Part shown: positions 1-8,718 of the stretch, piece after piece | Position numbering within the stretch: the stretch's first letter is position 1 | How the letters are laid out: each line of letters begins with the position of its first letter | Origin: Phycisphaerae bacterium | Lineage (GTDB): Bacteria; Planctomycetota; Phycisphaerae; UBA1845 | Direction: 5' to 3' | Length of the DNA: 64,000 nucleotides | Assembly: GCA_963666835.2 (NCBI GenBank) | Contig: CAXXGO010000006.1 | Span: 2,048,001-2,112,000, forward strand | The notes under the pieces: model-generated | What the model was told of the DNA's origin: nothing | Database searches by the model: none | Seen by the model: only the letters and a program-made list of their open reading frames with translations | Made by a program: the position numbers and the translations under genes

Positions 1-470
1 TCCGCTTCGTCCATGTCAAACCAGTAGACGTCTAACGCTGAATCCGGGTCAGTTGTGTGCGAGTACCGCCCGAAGGTCAGCCCCACCACGTTCAGTTTCA
101 AGAAGAAGTCCGCACGCCCGTTGATCTTCAGATGCAGCGTGTCCGGACCGAAGTTGGACACCGTTGGCAACGGCTCCCAGCCGGCCAAGTCCAGAGCCGG
201 GAGTCGGACGTCGGTGCGCGCAACGCCGGGTTTGGTTGCCGGTGCTCCGGGGTTGTACATCGGCTCGTTCGCGGCGTTTCGGACCTCCCCAACGTAGCCG
301 TAGGCGACCTCGGACACGTCGAGAAGGGGTTGTTTTCCCGTTAGGGTGGTGATGGCGAACAGTCCGATGATCGCCATCAGCAAGCTGAGTATCGCTGCTC
401 CGACGATCTTCTCGGTTCTGCTGATTGTCTTCGCACTACGGGCATATCGCCGGCCGAGGAATCTGGCCAT
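1..470 (-). CDS. Membrane-anchored hypothetical protein, DUF6599-like (3' end outside window)
   Basis: Manual translation from ATG at 470: MARFLGRR..IVGAAILSLLMAIIGLFAIT (TM)...FGPDTLHLKINGRADFFLKLNVVGLTFGRY...LDVYWFDM. Frame is open to position 1 and resembles the DUF6599 'LYxxING.A..Y...V.IYDM' pattern. Confidence 0.55.
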   Translation of the reverse strand, partial: MARFLGRRYARSAKTISRTEKIVGAAILSLLMAIIGLFAITTLTGKQPLLDVSEVAYGYVGEVRNAANEPMYNPGAPATKPGVARTDVRLPALDLAGWEPLPTVSNFGPDTLHLKINGRADFFLKLNVVGLTFGRYSHTTDPDSALDVYWFDMDEA

Positions 471-655
471 CCGAAGTCTCCACGGTTGATCTTACCAGTA
501 TATCGATCGCACCGGGCGAAAACACGCGGGCCCGTTATGAAAACAGCCCCGGTTTCAAATAGGCACGTCTCTTATAACCATGTAGACTTTACTGGAGAAG
601 AACACCTCTCCGCCGCGGAGATGCGGATGTCTGGGAACGAATCGGAGGTATTGCC

Positions 656-1354
656 GTGTTTGAGTGCGTTCTGATGAGCTTGGCCGTGGCCGTTCCGGAT
701 CTGACGATCCTGTATTGGGTCTGCGCGATCGTCGGCGGCAGTCTTTTGGCAATGTCGATGCTGGGGGCCGCCGATGGCCATGCGGATGTCGAGTTCGATG
801 CGGATGTTTCGTTTGACGCGGATGCCGATCTCGCGGTGGATGGCTCCGTCGAGGCCGGAGATGTCGGCGATGGGGACACCTTGTCCGAAGTCGAGGGCGC
901 CAGTCTGCTGGCGACTTGGCTGTCGATCCGATTCCTCGTGTACTTCGTGGCCGTGTTCGGGTTGGTGGGGTTGGTGTTCACCTATCTCAGTGACCTGGGA
1001 CGGGCGGTCACGTTTGGCGCGGCGGCGGGCGGTGGGCTGGTGATCGGCCAAGCGGTTCATCAGCTCTTTCGCAAGTTGAAGCAGGCTTCCGGCAATAGTG
1101 CGACCACGGTGGCGGATTATGTCGACAAAGCCGGACGCGTGTCGGTTGCCATTGTCCATCCCAACAAAGGAGAGGTTTCGATTCGGATCCGGTCCGGGAC
1201 GCGGTACATCCCGGCCGTAGCGAAGAACCCGGACACGAGTTTCCCCATCGGTGCGGAGGTTGTGGTAGTGGGGTATCTCGGCGGGGTCGCCGAGGTTGTG
1301 TCTCGGGAGGAGTTTGAGTTTATCAACGACAAGAGAATAGGAGGCGAGCTGTGA
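656..1354 (+). CDS. NfeD/YqiJ-like membrane protein (flotillin partner)
   Basis: GGAGG precedes GTG 656. N-terminal TM, acidic DAD-rich loop, further TMs, and a C-terminal OB-fold-like 'GRVSVAI..GEV...A.....G.EV.VV'. Overlaps the flotillin start. Confidence 0.8.
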   Translation: MFECVLMSLAVAVPDLTILYWVCAIVGGSLLAMSMLGAADGHADVEFDADVSFDADADLAVDGSVEAGDVGDGDTLSEVEGASLLATWLSIRFLVYFVAVFGLVGLVFTYLSDLGRAVTFGAAAGGGLVIGQAVHQLFRKLKQASGNSATTVADYVDKAGRVSVAIVHPNKGEVSIRIRSGTRYIPAVAKNPDTSFPIGAEVVVVGYLGGVAEVVSREEFEFINDKRIGGEL

Positions 1355-2694
1355 GTAGTGTTTTGTTAGCCCAAGGTGAAGCGGGTGTGGTCATAGGAAT
1401 AATCCTGGCGATGGTGGTGATTTCCGTCATCATCGCGATGTTGAAGCTGGTGGTGGTCGGCAATCCGAGTGAGATGCTGATTATCAGCGGGAAGCGCCAA
1501 AGAGACGGGCAAGGCTATCGAACTCTGATCGGCGGACGAACTCTGGTGATTCCTATTCTGGAGAAAGTGTCTCGAATCAGCCTGCGGAACATGCAGGTGT
1601 CGCTGGAGGTCGGAGCGCAATCCGGCGGCGGGACCATGATGCCGATCATCGTGACCGGAGTGGCCAACGTCAAAGTGTCGTCCGATCCCACGGAACGCGC
1701 CAACGCCATCGAACGATTCCTCGGACAGCCGGCTCAGGAACTGCAGCGCGTTGCCCGTGAGACCTTGGAGGGCGGGCTCCGGGCCGTGGTTGGCAAGATG
1801 ACCCCAGAGGAGATTGTCGAGGACCGCGACAAGTTCGTAGCCACAGTCATGCACGAGGTGACCGATGATTTCCGCAAGCTCGGTCTGCTGATCGACAGCG
1901 TCAACATCCAGAACGTCAAGGACGATCAACAGTACCTCGAGTCGATCGCCCGAAAAGCCCGGGCGGAAGTCATCGCCGCGGCGCGGAAGGCAGAGGCGGC
2001 AAGGGCGTCCGAGGCGGCGATCCGAGAGGCGGAAGCCAGTGCGGCCGCCCGGACTGCGAAGGCCGAACGGGATGCCGAGGCGAAAACCAGCGAGGCCATG
2101 GCTCGCCAGAAGGCCGAAGAGGCCCGCTATGTGGCGGACAAGGCTATCGCGGAGGCGGAGAATGCCTTGCGAATCCGGAAAGCGGAGCTGGCCCGTGAAG
2201 CCGCGCTGAAGGAAGCGGAGCAGCAGGAGGCGGCCGCCGCTGCCGAACGCGAGAGGCTCAATGCCACTGAAGTTGCCGCCGCCGGAGCGGCCCGCGACGT
2301 GGCCCGGGCGAGGGCCGAAGGAGATGCCGCGTCGGTGTTCGAAGAGGGCAAAGCCCGGGCTTCGGCGATCGAGGCGATCGGCAAGGCCATCCGCGAGAAC
2401 CCGGACGCGCTGAAGGTCATGCTGGTCGAAATGATGCCGGGAATCACGGCCGAGTTCGCCAAGACGGTCGACAACGTGAATCTCGGAGATGTTACGGTGT
2501 TCGATGGCGGCAACGGCCGGGCCATCGCGGGGGCGGCGATGGGACGGGCTCAGGTCCTGTCCGAGTCGCTCGGGATGTTGGGCAGCGTAATGGGCGTGGA
2601 TTTACGCGAGCTGAGTCGCAACATCGCCGGTGCGATAGCGGCGAAAGCCGGCCCCGCCGAACCCGATGACACAACGCTGTCAACTACATCGTAA
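1351..2694 (+). CDS. Flotillin / SPFH (band 7) domain protein
   Basis: N-terminal TM, SPFH core (VTGVANVKV..AIERFLG..ETLEGGLRAVVGKMTPEEIVEDRDKF..LGLLIDSVNIQ) and an Ala/Glu-rich coiled coil. Confidence 0.92.
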   Translation: MSSVLLAQGEAGVVIGIILAMVVISVIIAMLKLVVVGNPSEMLIISGKRQRDGQGYRTLIGGRTLVIPILEKVSRISLRNMQVSLEVGAQSGGGTMMPIIVTGVANVKVSSDPTERANAIERFLGQPAQELQRVARETLEGGLRAVVGKMTPEEIVEDRDKFVATVMHEVTDDFRKLGLLIDSVNIQNVKDDQQYLESIARKARAEVIAAARKAEAARASEAAIREAEASAAARTAKAERDAEAKTSEAMARQKAEEARYVADKAIAEAENALRIRKAELAREAALKEAEQQEAAAAAERERLNATEVAAAGAARDVARARAEGDAASVFEEGKARASAIEAIGKAIRENPDALKVMLVEMMPGITAEFAKTVDNVNLGDVTVFDGGNGRAIAGAAMGRAQVLSESLGMLGSVMGVDLRELSRNIAGAIAAKAGPAEPDDTTLSTTS

Positions 2695-2702
2695 ACGGCC
2701 AT

Positions 2703-2740
2703 TGAGGGGATAGTGGCATAACCCTGTCACTATCCCCTCA
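2703..2740 (+). terminator. Stem-loop directly after the flotillin stop
   Basis: TGAGGGGATAGTGGCA / TGTCACTATCCCCTCA forms a 16-bp stem (one G.U) with a 6-nt loop; no U-tract. Confidence 0.55.
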
Positions 2741-2804
2741 CCCCGGCTGGGTGCCCCCCCCAGGGCCAGCGCACATTAAATCCCTTGTGCCATAAGGACT
2801 TCCA

Positions 2805-3350
2805 TTAGGAGTTATTAGGGAGTTATTAGGGACAGTCACCTATTTTCGTTATGGAGTTATCGTTATTACGTTATTAGGGACAGTCACCTATTTCCTGAAG
2901 GGGCGTATCAAGCGAAAACCAACGGCAGGTCTCGTGCCTCGACCGTGCCCTACGCGCGCCGACGCAGTTATTAGGGACAGTCACCTATTTCCTGAAGGGG
3001 CGTATCGCGCGAAAACCAACGGCAGGTCTCGTGCCTCGACCGTGCCCTACGCGCGCCGACGCTGCCTGACCCGTGCCGCCGGCGTTGTCCGGCATTGTGC
3101 AGGCAGGTTGCCTACGCTACATGAGGGGTGCCTGCACTACGAAGGGCCGGCGGATCGTTATTAGGATGTTATTAGGGACAGTCACCGATTTCCTGAAGGG
3201 TCGTATCGCGCGAAAACCAACGGCAGGTCTCGTGCCTCGACCGTGCCCTACGCGCGCCGACGCTGCCTAACCCGTGCCGCCGGCGTTGTCCGGCATTGTG
3301 CAGGCAGGTTGCCTACGCTACATGAGGGGTGCCTGCACTACGAAGGGCCG
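2805..3350. repeat. Mosaic of tandemly duplicated REP-like elements (BIME-like)
   Basis: TTATTAGGGACAGTCACC at 2823, 2871, 2968 and 3169. REP CGGCAGGTCTCGTGCCTCGACCGTGCCCTACG at 2923, 3020 and 3221. A duplicated ~85-bp block contains GCAGGTTGCCTACGCTAC. Confidence 0.9.
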
Positions 3351-3422
3351 GGGGACGGGCATCGCAATCGTACGAAGACCGCCGGCCGACAGCGGTGAAA
3401 CCGGCGAGCGTCCCGTGCGCAC

Positions 3423-3464
3423 AAAAAAAGGCCCGCCTCGACCGAAAAATCGGTGAGACGGGCC
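3423..3464 (-). terminator. Rho-independent terminator
   Basis: Minus strand reads GGCCCGTCTC-ACCGA-TTTT-TCGGT-C-GAGGCGGGCC followed by T7. The stem mismatch is a G.U pair only on the minus strand. Confidence 0.85.
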
Positions 3465-3503
3465 CGAACTCTGTTCGCTGCCGCAGGCAGCATCGTCTGC
3501 CAC

Positions 3504-3533
3504 CTACGGCAGCCAACCTATGCTATAGCCCAT
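3504..3533 (-). CDS. 9-aa mini-ORF MGYSIGWLP
   Basis: ATG GGC TAT AGC ATA GGT TGG CTG CCG TAG, preceded by the extended SD GGAGGTGATCC. Confidence 0.4.
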   Translation of the reverse strand: MGYSIGWLP

Positions 3534-3733
3534 GGATCACCTCCACTTCAAAAACGGGACCGTTCGACCAACGGGGAGGCTAGTCCCCGAACCATCGATC
3601 TAGCCCATCCTGCGAATCGTCATTCGCAGGCCCGAGCAACGTCCGGTTCTGCCGGACGCCCAGCCGTGATTCGAACCCGTATCGGCATGCCCAATTTCAC
3701 GCCGGGAACGGATCCCACCCTCACAGCCACCTT

Positions 3734-3763
3734 ACTGTATCGGGTTGCTCACTGCGAAGTCAA
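3734..3763 (-). promoter_or_regulatory. Sigma70-type promoter
   Basis: -35 TTGACT (3763-3758), 18-nt spacer, -10 TACAGT (3739-3734). Confidence 0.6.
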
Positions 3764-3995
3764 GAAAGAAATGGTCCGCTAGAATGTCAGAAACGATGTG
3801 CTGGTCCGGGTACTGCGGGCTTTCCCGATTGGGCGGAACAGTTACGCCGACCCTGCCGTCTGGGTGCTCAGAAGCAGACGCTGAGGCCGAAACGAACAAC
3901 TCGCGGTACCGATAATTGACGCCGCCGACGTCCAATCTAGAATCGCGGGCGATGTCAGGGGATCCCTCATTAGCGCTCACCGTCCGCATAACCGC

Positions 3996-5543
3996 ATGAA
4001 CTACCTTACTTTCTCGGGAAACAACATCGTTAACGCGCGTCTTCCGGACAGCGCCGAGGTCTTCTACGCCCGTCCCCCCATCCCGGGGATCAAGAAGCGC
4101 GACATCCCCCAGGCCGTGGTGAAAGCGTTCGAGAACCCGCTGGGTATGCCGCCCTTGAAGGATCTGGTCGGCGCCAACTCGCGGATTCTGATCGCCTTTG
4201 ATGATAACTGCCAGCCCTTCCCCGAGACGTCACTGCCGGACATCCGTCAGCAGGCTCTCGAGGCGCTGATTCCGCTGCTGTACTCATACGGAGTCCAGAA
4301 GGAGAACCTCCGGCTGGTGTGTGCGGTCGCTCTGCACCGCAAAATGAAGAAGCACGAACTCGCCCGGATGGTCGGCCCGCGGATCATGGGCGAGTTCTAT
4401 CCCCAGCAGCTTGATAACTCCGATGCCGAGGACCCGGATGACGTCGTCGACCTTGGTGAAACGGAGCTGGGCGAGCCGGTCCGCGTTACCCGCGGAGTGG
4501 TCGAGAGCGATCTGGTTATCTACGTCGATTCGGTCCAGATTCCGCTCAACGGCGGGCACAAGTCCGTAGCCGTTGGTCTGGGAGCGTACGACTCCATCGC
4601 CAACCACCACCATCCGGAGATGACTGCCGAGAGCCCGCACGTCATGCAGCCGGAGGGGTCCCGCATGCATGACTGCATTGAACGCCTCAGTCATGTCATT
4701 CAAAAGCACGCGAGGATCATGGTCATGGAGGCGGCCATGAACAACGCGACGTACCCGTTCCACGTGCGCTACTTGGGGAAACCGCCCGCCCGGTGCAACT
4801 TCGCCGAGAAGATCGTGCGCGCCGCGACCCCCACGGCGCTGGCTTTGCTCCCTGAATCTGCCAGAAGGATGGCACTTAGAGGAGTTCGGGCGGACTACGA
4901 CGCGATCGAGATCAACGCCGGTGCCATCGACCCGGTCCACGTACGGACTCTGCAGGCGATGAAGGACCAGATGACGATCCCGGCGCCGAAGCAGTACGAT
5001 ACCGTGGTCTTCGGGCTGCCGGATTTGAGCCCCTACGCCGTGGATGCGCGGATCAACCCGGTACTGGTGGTCAGCGATGTGTTGGGTTACGTGTTCAACT
5101 GGTTCTACAACAAGCCGGTGGTCAAGAAGGGCGGGACCGTCATCATCCTCAACCCGTGCTTCGAGGTGTTCCACGACGAATACCACGTAGCCTACCGGAA
5201 GTTCTATGAAGAAGTGCTCCCGGTTACGACCGACCCGTTCGAAATGAAGGAGATGTTCCAGGAGAAGTACGCCCGCGACCCGTACCTGATAGACTGTTAT
5301 CGCCATCGCTTCGCCCACCACGGTTTCCACCCCTTCACCGTGTGGTACTGGGCGACGTATGCCCTTAAGTATTTGTCAAAGGTGATTCTGGTCGGCCCCG
5401 CAGACGACACCGGGGCCAAGCGTCTGGGTGTTTCGTGGTCCCCGAACATGGATCACGCCCTCGGGCAAGCCCGCGAGGCGTCCGGCGGAAACGAAGTGGC
5501 CGGCCTGACCATCCCGCCGTTCTTTTACTTTGAAGTGGCGTAA
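3996..5543 (+). CDS. Lactate racemase (LarA/DUF2088) family protein
   Basis: AFENPLGMPPLKDLV, IAFDD, ALHRKM, NGGHKS and ANHHH motifs typical of the LarA N-terminal domain; 515 aa. Confidence 0.8.
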   Translation: MNYLTFSGNNIVNARLPDSAEVFYARPPIPGIKKRDIPQAVVKAFENPLGMPPLKDLVGANSRILIAFDDNCQPFPETSLPDIRQQALEALIPLLYSYGVQKENLRLVCAVALHRKMKKHELARMVGPRIMGEFYPQQLDNSDAEDPDDVVDLGETELGEPVRVTRGVVESDLVIYVDSVQIPLNGGHKSVAVGLGAYDSIANHHHPEMTAESPHVMQPEGSRMHDCIERLSHVIQKHARIMVMEAAMNNATYPFHVRYLGKPPARCNFAEKIVRAATPTALALLPESARRMALRGVRADYDAIEINAGAIDPVHVRTLQAMKDQMTIPAPKQYDTVVFGLPDLSPYAVDARINPVLVVSDVLGYVFNWFYNKPVVKKGGTVIILNPCFEVFHDEYHVAYRKFYEEVLPVTTDPFEMKEMFQEKYARDPYLIDCYRHRFAHHGFHPFTVWYWATYALKYLSKVILVGPADDTGAKRLGVSWSPNMDHALGQAREASGGNEVAGLTIPPFFYFEVA

Positions 5544-5749
5544 GAACAGGCCGACGATATTGATGTACAATCCGCCCGCGGATCTGTCGATCAACCGGCA
5601 GAGGCCGGCGGTGCTGTTGGGGATGAACAAACGATGAGCTGGCATTGGCTGGGGATCTTGATTCTCGTGGCCGCGGCCGCGTTCTTCGCAGCGAGGGGCG
5701 GCGGCGGGTGAGGCCCGAACAAACGCTGCTAGGCGGTGCCTGGCCTCGT

Positions 5750-6832
5750 TTATTCCGGTCGCTTCATATCCGGGGGGCGTTCAAACAGATGAGCGGCTTC
5801 CTCGAGTCGGTTCTGCCCATCGGCGCACACGGCGAACTGCGAGTCTGACCAGATGGCCGCGGAGCCGAACCGGCCGTCCTTAGCTACCGCATAGAATTTC
5901 ACGTCGAATCGGGGCCTTCCGTCCGGACGTTTCAGACACGGTTCCTTGGTGGTCTCGACGATCCGCCGCAGCGCGTGTAGGCAGGCGTCGGTGGGGGACA
6001 TGCCGTGCCGCATCGCCTCGACCACGGTGTGGGCCCCGCAGATCTTGATGACCGCTTCACCGCGCCCGGTGCTACCGGCCGCACCGACCTCGTTGTCTAC
6101 GAACAGCCCCGCGCCGATGATTGGCGAATCGCCCACGCGCCCGGGGATCTTATAACTCAGCCCGCTGGTAGTGGTGACTCCGCTAAGGTCGCCGGCCGCG
6201 TCGAGCGCACAGCAGTTAATGGTCCCGTACGTGAAGGGGACGCCGGCCGCGGAAAGCGCGTCGGACTCGTCTTCGATCTCCCCGGCGGGGGTGACCCAAT
6301 CGTCCTGGTCGCTGTGGCGTTCTTTCCATTTGAGCCAGATTCGTCGGGCCTCGTCGGTCAAGAGGTTCACTTCTTCGAAACCATGAGCTCGGGCGAAGCG
6401 CAGGGCGCCCTCGCCGACGAGCAGGACGTGGTCAGTGCGCTGCATGACCAACCGGGCGACGCAGGAGGGGGTCTTGATATTGCGCAAGGCCGCCACCGCT
6501 CCGGCCTCACAAGAGGGCCCGTGCATGACGCAGGAGTCCAACTCGACTACTCCGTCTTCGTTGGGTATCCCGCCGTACCCGACGCTCATATCGGCCGGGT
6601 CTTCTTCGACAATGTTCACGCCGGAGATAACGGCATCGAGCGTGTCGACCCCGTTTATGATGGAGTCCGCCGCCTTCCGGGTTGCCCGCAGACCGTTGGC
6701 ACTCGAGATAACCACCGGGGCGGATCGAGGTTTCGACCCCGCCTGCCCGGCGCCCGCCCGCTTTGGCAACATCGCCCCCGCGGCAACCGCCGCCGCCGAC
6801 TGCAGAAAACACCGTCGCGATAGATCCGTCAT
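5750..6832 (-). CDS. N(4)-(beta-N-acetylglucosaminyl)-L-asparaginase family Ntn-hydrolase with Tat signal
   Basis: MTDLSRRCFLQ twin-arginine signal; SVGYGG, ELDSCVM, GTIN nucleophile, TTTSG, GRVGDSPIIGAG and STGRGE motifs. Confidence 0.92.
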   Translation of the reverse strand: MTDLSRRCFLQSAAAVAAGAMLPKRAGAGQAGSKPRSAPVVISSANGLRATRKAADSIINGVDTLDAVISGVNIVEEDPADMSVGYGGIPNEDGVVELDSCVMHGPSCEAGAVAALRNIKTPSCVARLVMQRTDHVLLVGEGALRFARAHGFEEVNLLTDEARRIWLKWKERHSDQDDWVTPAGEIEDESDALSAAGVPFTYGTINCCALDAAGDLSGVTTTSGLSYKIPGRVGDSPIIGAGLFVDNEVGAAGSTGRGEAVIKICGAHTVVEAMRHGMSPTDACLHALRRIVETTKEPCLKRPDGRPRFDVKFYAVAKDGRFGSAAIWSDSQFAVCADGQNRLEEAAHLFERPPDMKRPE

Positions 6833-7046
6833 GGTAATCTCCGAACCAGAGTTCGCTCCGGAATTCCCGAAGGACACCGAAACAAGGGCGGCCGACCGCC
6901 GATCCTCATCGATAGCTGGTCAGCCGAACACTGGTCATCCTATCCGAATGACTCACTCGATCCAAACGGACACGAGTATGGAGGCCGTGAACGCGGAAGT
7001 TCGTGGGGGGCGCTATGCGTAATCTGACTGATAGCGTGTCAGGCAC

Positions 7047-7068
7047 GGTAGGGTCTGCTGTGCGGACC
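7047..7068 (+). repeat. GTAG-footed REP-like palindrome
   Basis: GTAG-GGTCTGC-TGT-GCGGACC hairpin in intergenic DNA. Confidence 0.45.
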
Positions 7069-7169
7069 GTAGGCGTTCCCAGCGCCGAGAGCCAAACGGG
7101 CGGCATTTCACCAATAACCGTGATTGTCCGGTCCGCTTTCCTTCACCCGACGAACCAAAGGACGAACAC

Positions 7170-7439
7170 ATGGATGTAGCAACACCTGGCACTCTTTGTT
7201 ATACTCTCTGTATTCTGCCTGGCGGCGTCTGCAGGGTCCCTTTCCTTGTCAGGGTGGCCGACGAAGCAGAGCCCCACAATCTGGGTGCTCTTCGGCATCG
7301 ACAAGCTCGACGGTGCCTGAGGTGTTTCGACGGGATAGGAGCAGCAATCGTGCCGATTATCTTCACCACGGTGGGCGGGTTATGGGGTCTCCTGTTTTCT
7401 TGTGTCTTCGTGGGATCGATGTACAAAGCCCTGGCGTGA
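7170..7439 (+). pseudogene. Possible decayed small membrane-protein gene
   Basis: Hydrophobic segments are split over two frames (HLALFVILSVFCLAASAG.. bounded by stops; GIGAAIVPIIFTTVGGLWGLLFSCVFVG in the listed ORF). Confidence 0.3.
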
Positions 7440-7476
7440 GTCGCAGCCGATGCTGCCGCGGGGGAACGGTGAACTG

Positions 7477-8622
7477 ATGAAGCACACGACGCCGATGTGC
7501 GCAGCGTTGCTCGTCCTGATCCTGGCCCCGGTGGCGCAGGCCAATGTGGGGACGCCGTTGATGTGGGCGGGGATGCTGCACCTCATCCTGGGCAACCTGC
7601 TCATCGGTGTGCTTGAGGGTATTCTGCTCGCCAAGTTCTTCAAGGCCCCCACGAGTCGGGCGATCGGACTTCTCATCTTGGCCAATTACTTCTCCGCGTG
7701 GGTTGGAGCCAGTTTGGTGATCGGCGGGGTTGCGGGCTCAATCCCAATCGATCTGAACAACGCGTGGATGGTGTTCTGGCTGGCAGTCGCCGCAACCTAC
7801 GTCGCCACCTTGGTTCTGGAGTGGCCGTTTGTGGCTTTGATCTTCCGTGGCGATGCGCGTTGGTTGCGCAAATCGGTATGTGGCTCGTTCGTGGTCCAAA
7901 CCGTATCCTACTTACTCCTGTTCGGATGGTACTGGTGGGCAAGCGGAACGTCCTTGTATACCAGGACTGATGTCGTGGAGCTGTCGGCCATGTCCCTTCC
8001 GAAAGACGTTGTGGTTCACTACATTGATGCGGCGGACGGCGACGTGTACTCACTGCCATTGGGGGGTGAACAGGCGCGGAAGATCTTCGATCTGAACTCG
8101 AGCCACTGGAGTGATCGTCTGCTTATGCGTCCTCATCCGACTGTGGAGGGCAACTGGGATTTGGTGGCGCGGTTGAACAGCGAGAGAGGGGATGATCCGA
8201 CGTTCGTGACGATTCAGCAGTCTCTCGCGGGCGATACGATACCACGGTGGCGGGAGACCAATCCGGGTTCTCCGGAATACGGCAGAGAATTGCATGTGGC
8301 CGGCCCAGTTCCGAAGCTCGGTGATGCGCGCGGCAGCGCGTGGGCGTTCGACGTGGGGTTCTGGCCTATAGAGGGTCTCACCGGCTCCCATGCCCAGACG
8401 GGAGATTCGGTCTGGCTGACGTTCGACACTGTGGTTGTCGCGTGGACAATCCGCAACGCCACGCACCTCCCGGGTGACAAAGTCCTTCTGCAACTGGGAG
8501 GGGACCAGATCTGCATCTACGATCCGGAGGAGCGTCAGATTGCGCTTGTCGCAAGAGCCCGTGGGCCGATTGCAGTGATCGCCGAGGCTCGGTCGGACGA
8601 GCTTATCGACGGGGATGAGTAG
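7477..8622 (+). CDS. Hypothetical membrane protein (signal peptide, ~4 TM, soluble C-terminal domain)
   Basis: Signal AQA|NVGTPLMWAGMLHL, hydrophobic N-terminal half and beta-rich C-terminal half. Confidence 0.75.
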   Translation: MKHTTPMCAALLVLILAPVAQANVGTPLMWAGMLHLILGNLLIGVLEGILLAKFFKAPTSRAIGLLILANYFSAWVGASLVIGGVAGSIPIDLNNAWMVFWLAVAATYVATLVLEWPFVALIFRGDARWLRKSVCGSFVVQTVSYLLLFGWYWWASGTSLYTRTDVVELSAMSLPKDVVVHYIDAADGDVYSLPLGGEQARKIFDLNSSHWSDRLLMRPHPTVEGNWDLVARLNSERGDDPTFVTIQQSLAGDTIPRWRETNPGSPEYGRELHVAGPVPKLGDARGSAWAFDVGFWPIEGLTGSHAQTGDSVWLTFDTVVVAWTIRNATHLPGDKVLLQLGGDQICIYDPEERQIALVARARGPIAVIAEARSDELIDGDE

Positions 8623-8718
8623 AGGGGCTGGGTCGCTCCTGGCGCCGCAGGGTGTATTGCACTCCGTGGGCCAACGATCCCGTTAGAATCGGATACGGGT
8701 TTCATGCCGGCATGGGCG

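Larger units (their letters stand above)
3423..3728 (-). ncRNA. Candidate structured small RNA (~305 nt) with a 16S-3'-end-complementary segment
   Basis: Upstream sigma70-like promoter, downstream intrinsic terminator, serial hairpins with several G.U pairs on the minus strand, and GGAGGTGATCCA at 3544-3533. Confidence 0.6.

Noticed and set aside
2777..2802. Recombinase-site-like palindrome TAAATCCCTTGT..ATAAGGACTT
   Set aside because: It is imperfect and single, with no integrase or element boundary in the window.
2805..2831. TTAGGG telomere-like repeats
   Set aside because: The hexamer is only part of an 11-bp unit derived from the local repeat; it is not a tandem TTAGGG tract.
2805..3350. 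CRISPR array
   Set aside because: The intervening sequences are themselves duplicated and irregular in length, the repeat is dispersed elsewhere as a REP, and there are no cas genes.
3533..3544. TGGATCACCTCC as the end of a 16S rRNA gene
   Set aside because: Only 12 nt match and the flanks have no rRNA sequence; it is better read as a minus-strand extended SD.
3665..3680. GGGTTCGAATC T-arm-like motif suggesting a tRNA or tmRNA
   Set aside because: No acceptor stem, CCA, anticodon arm or tag-like reading frame; the bases are used in a different long hairpin.
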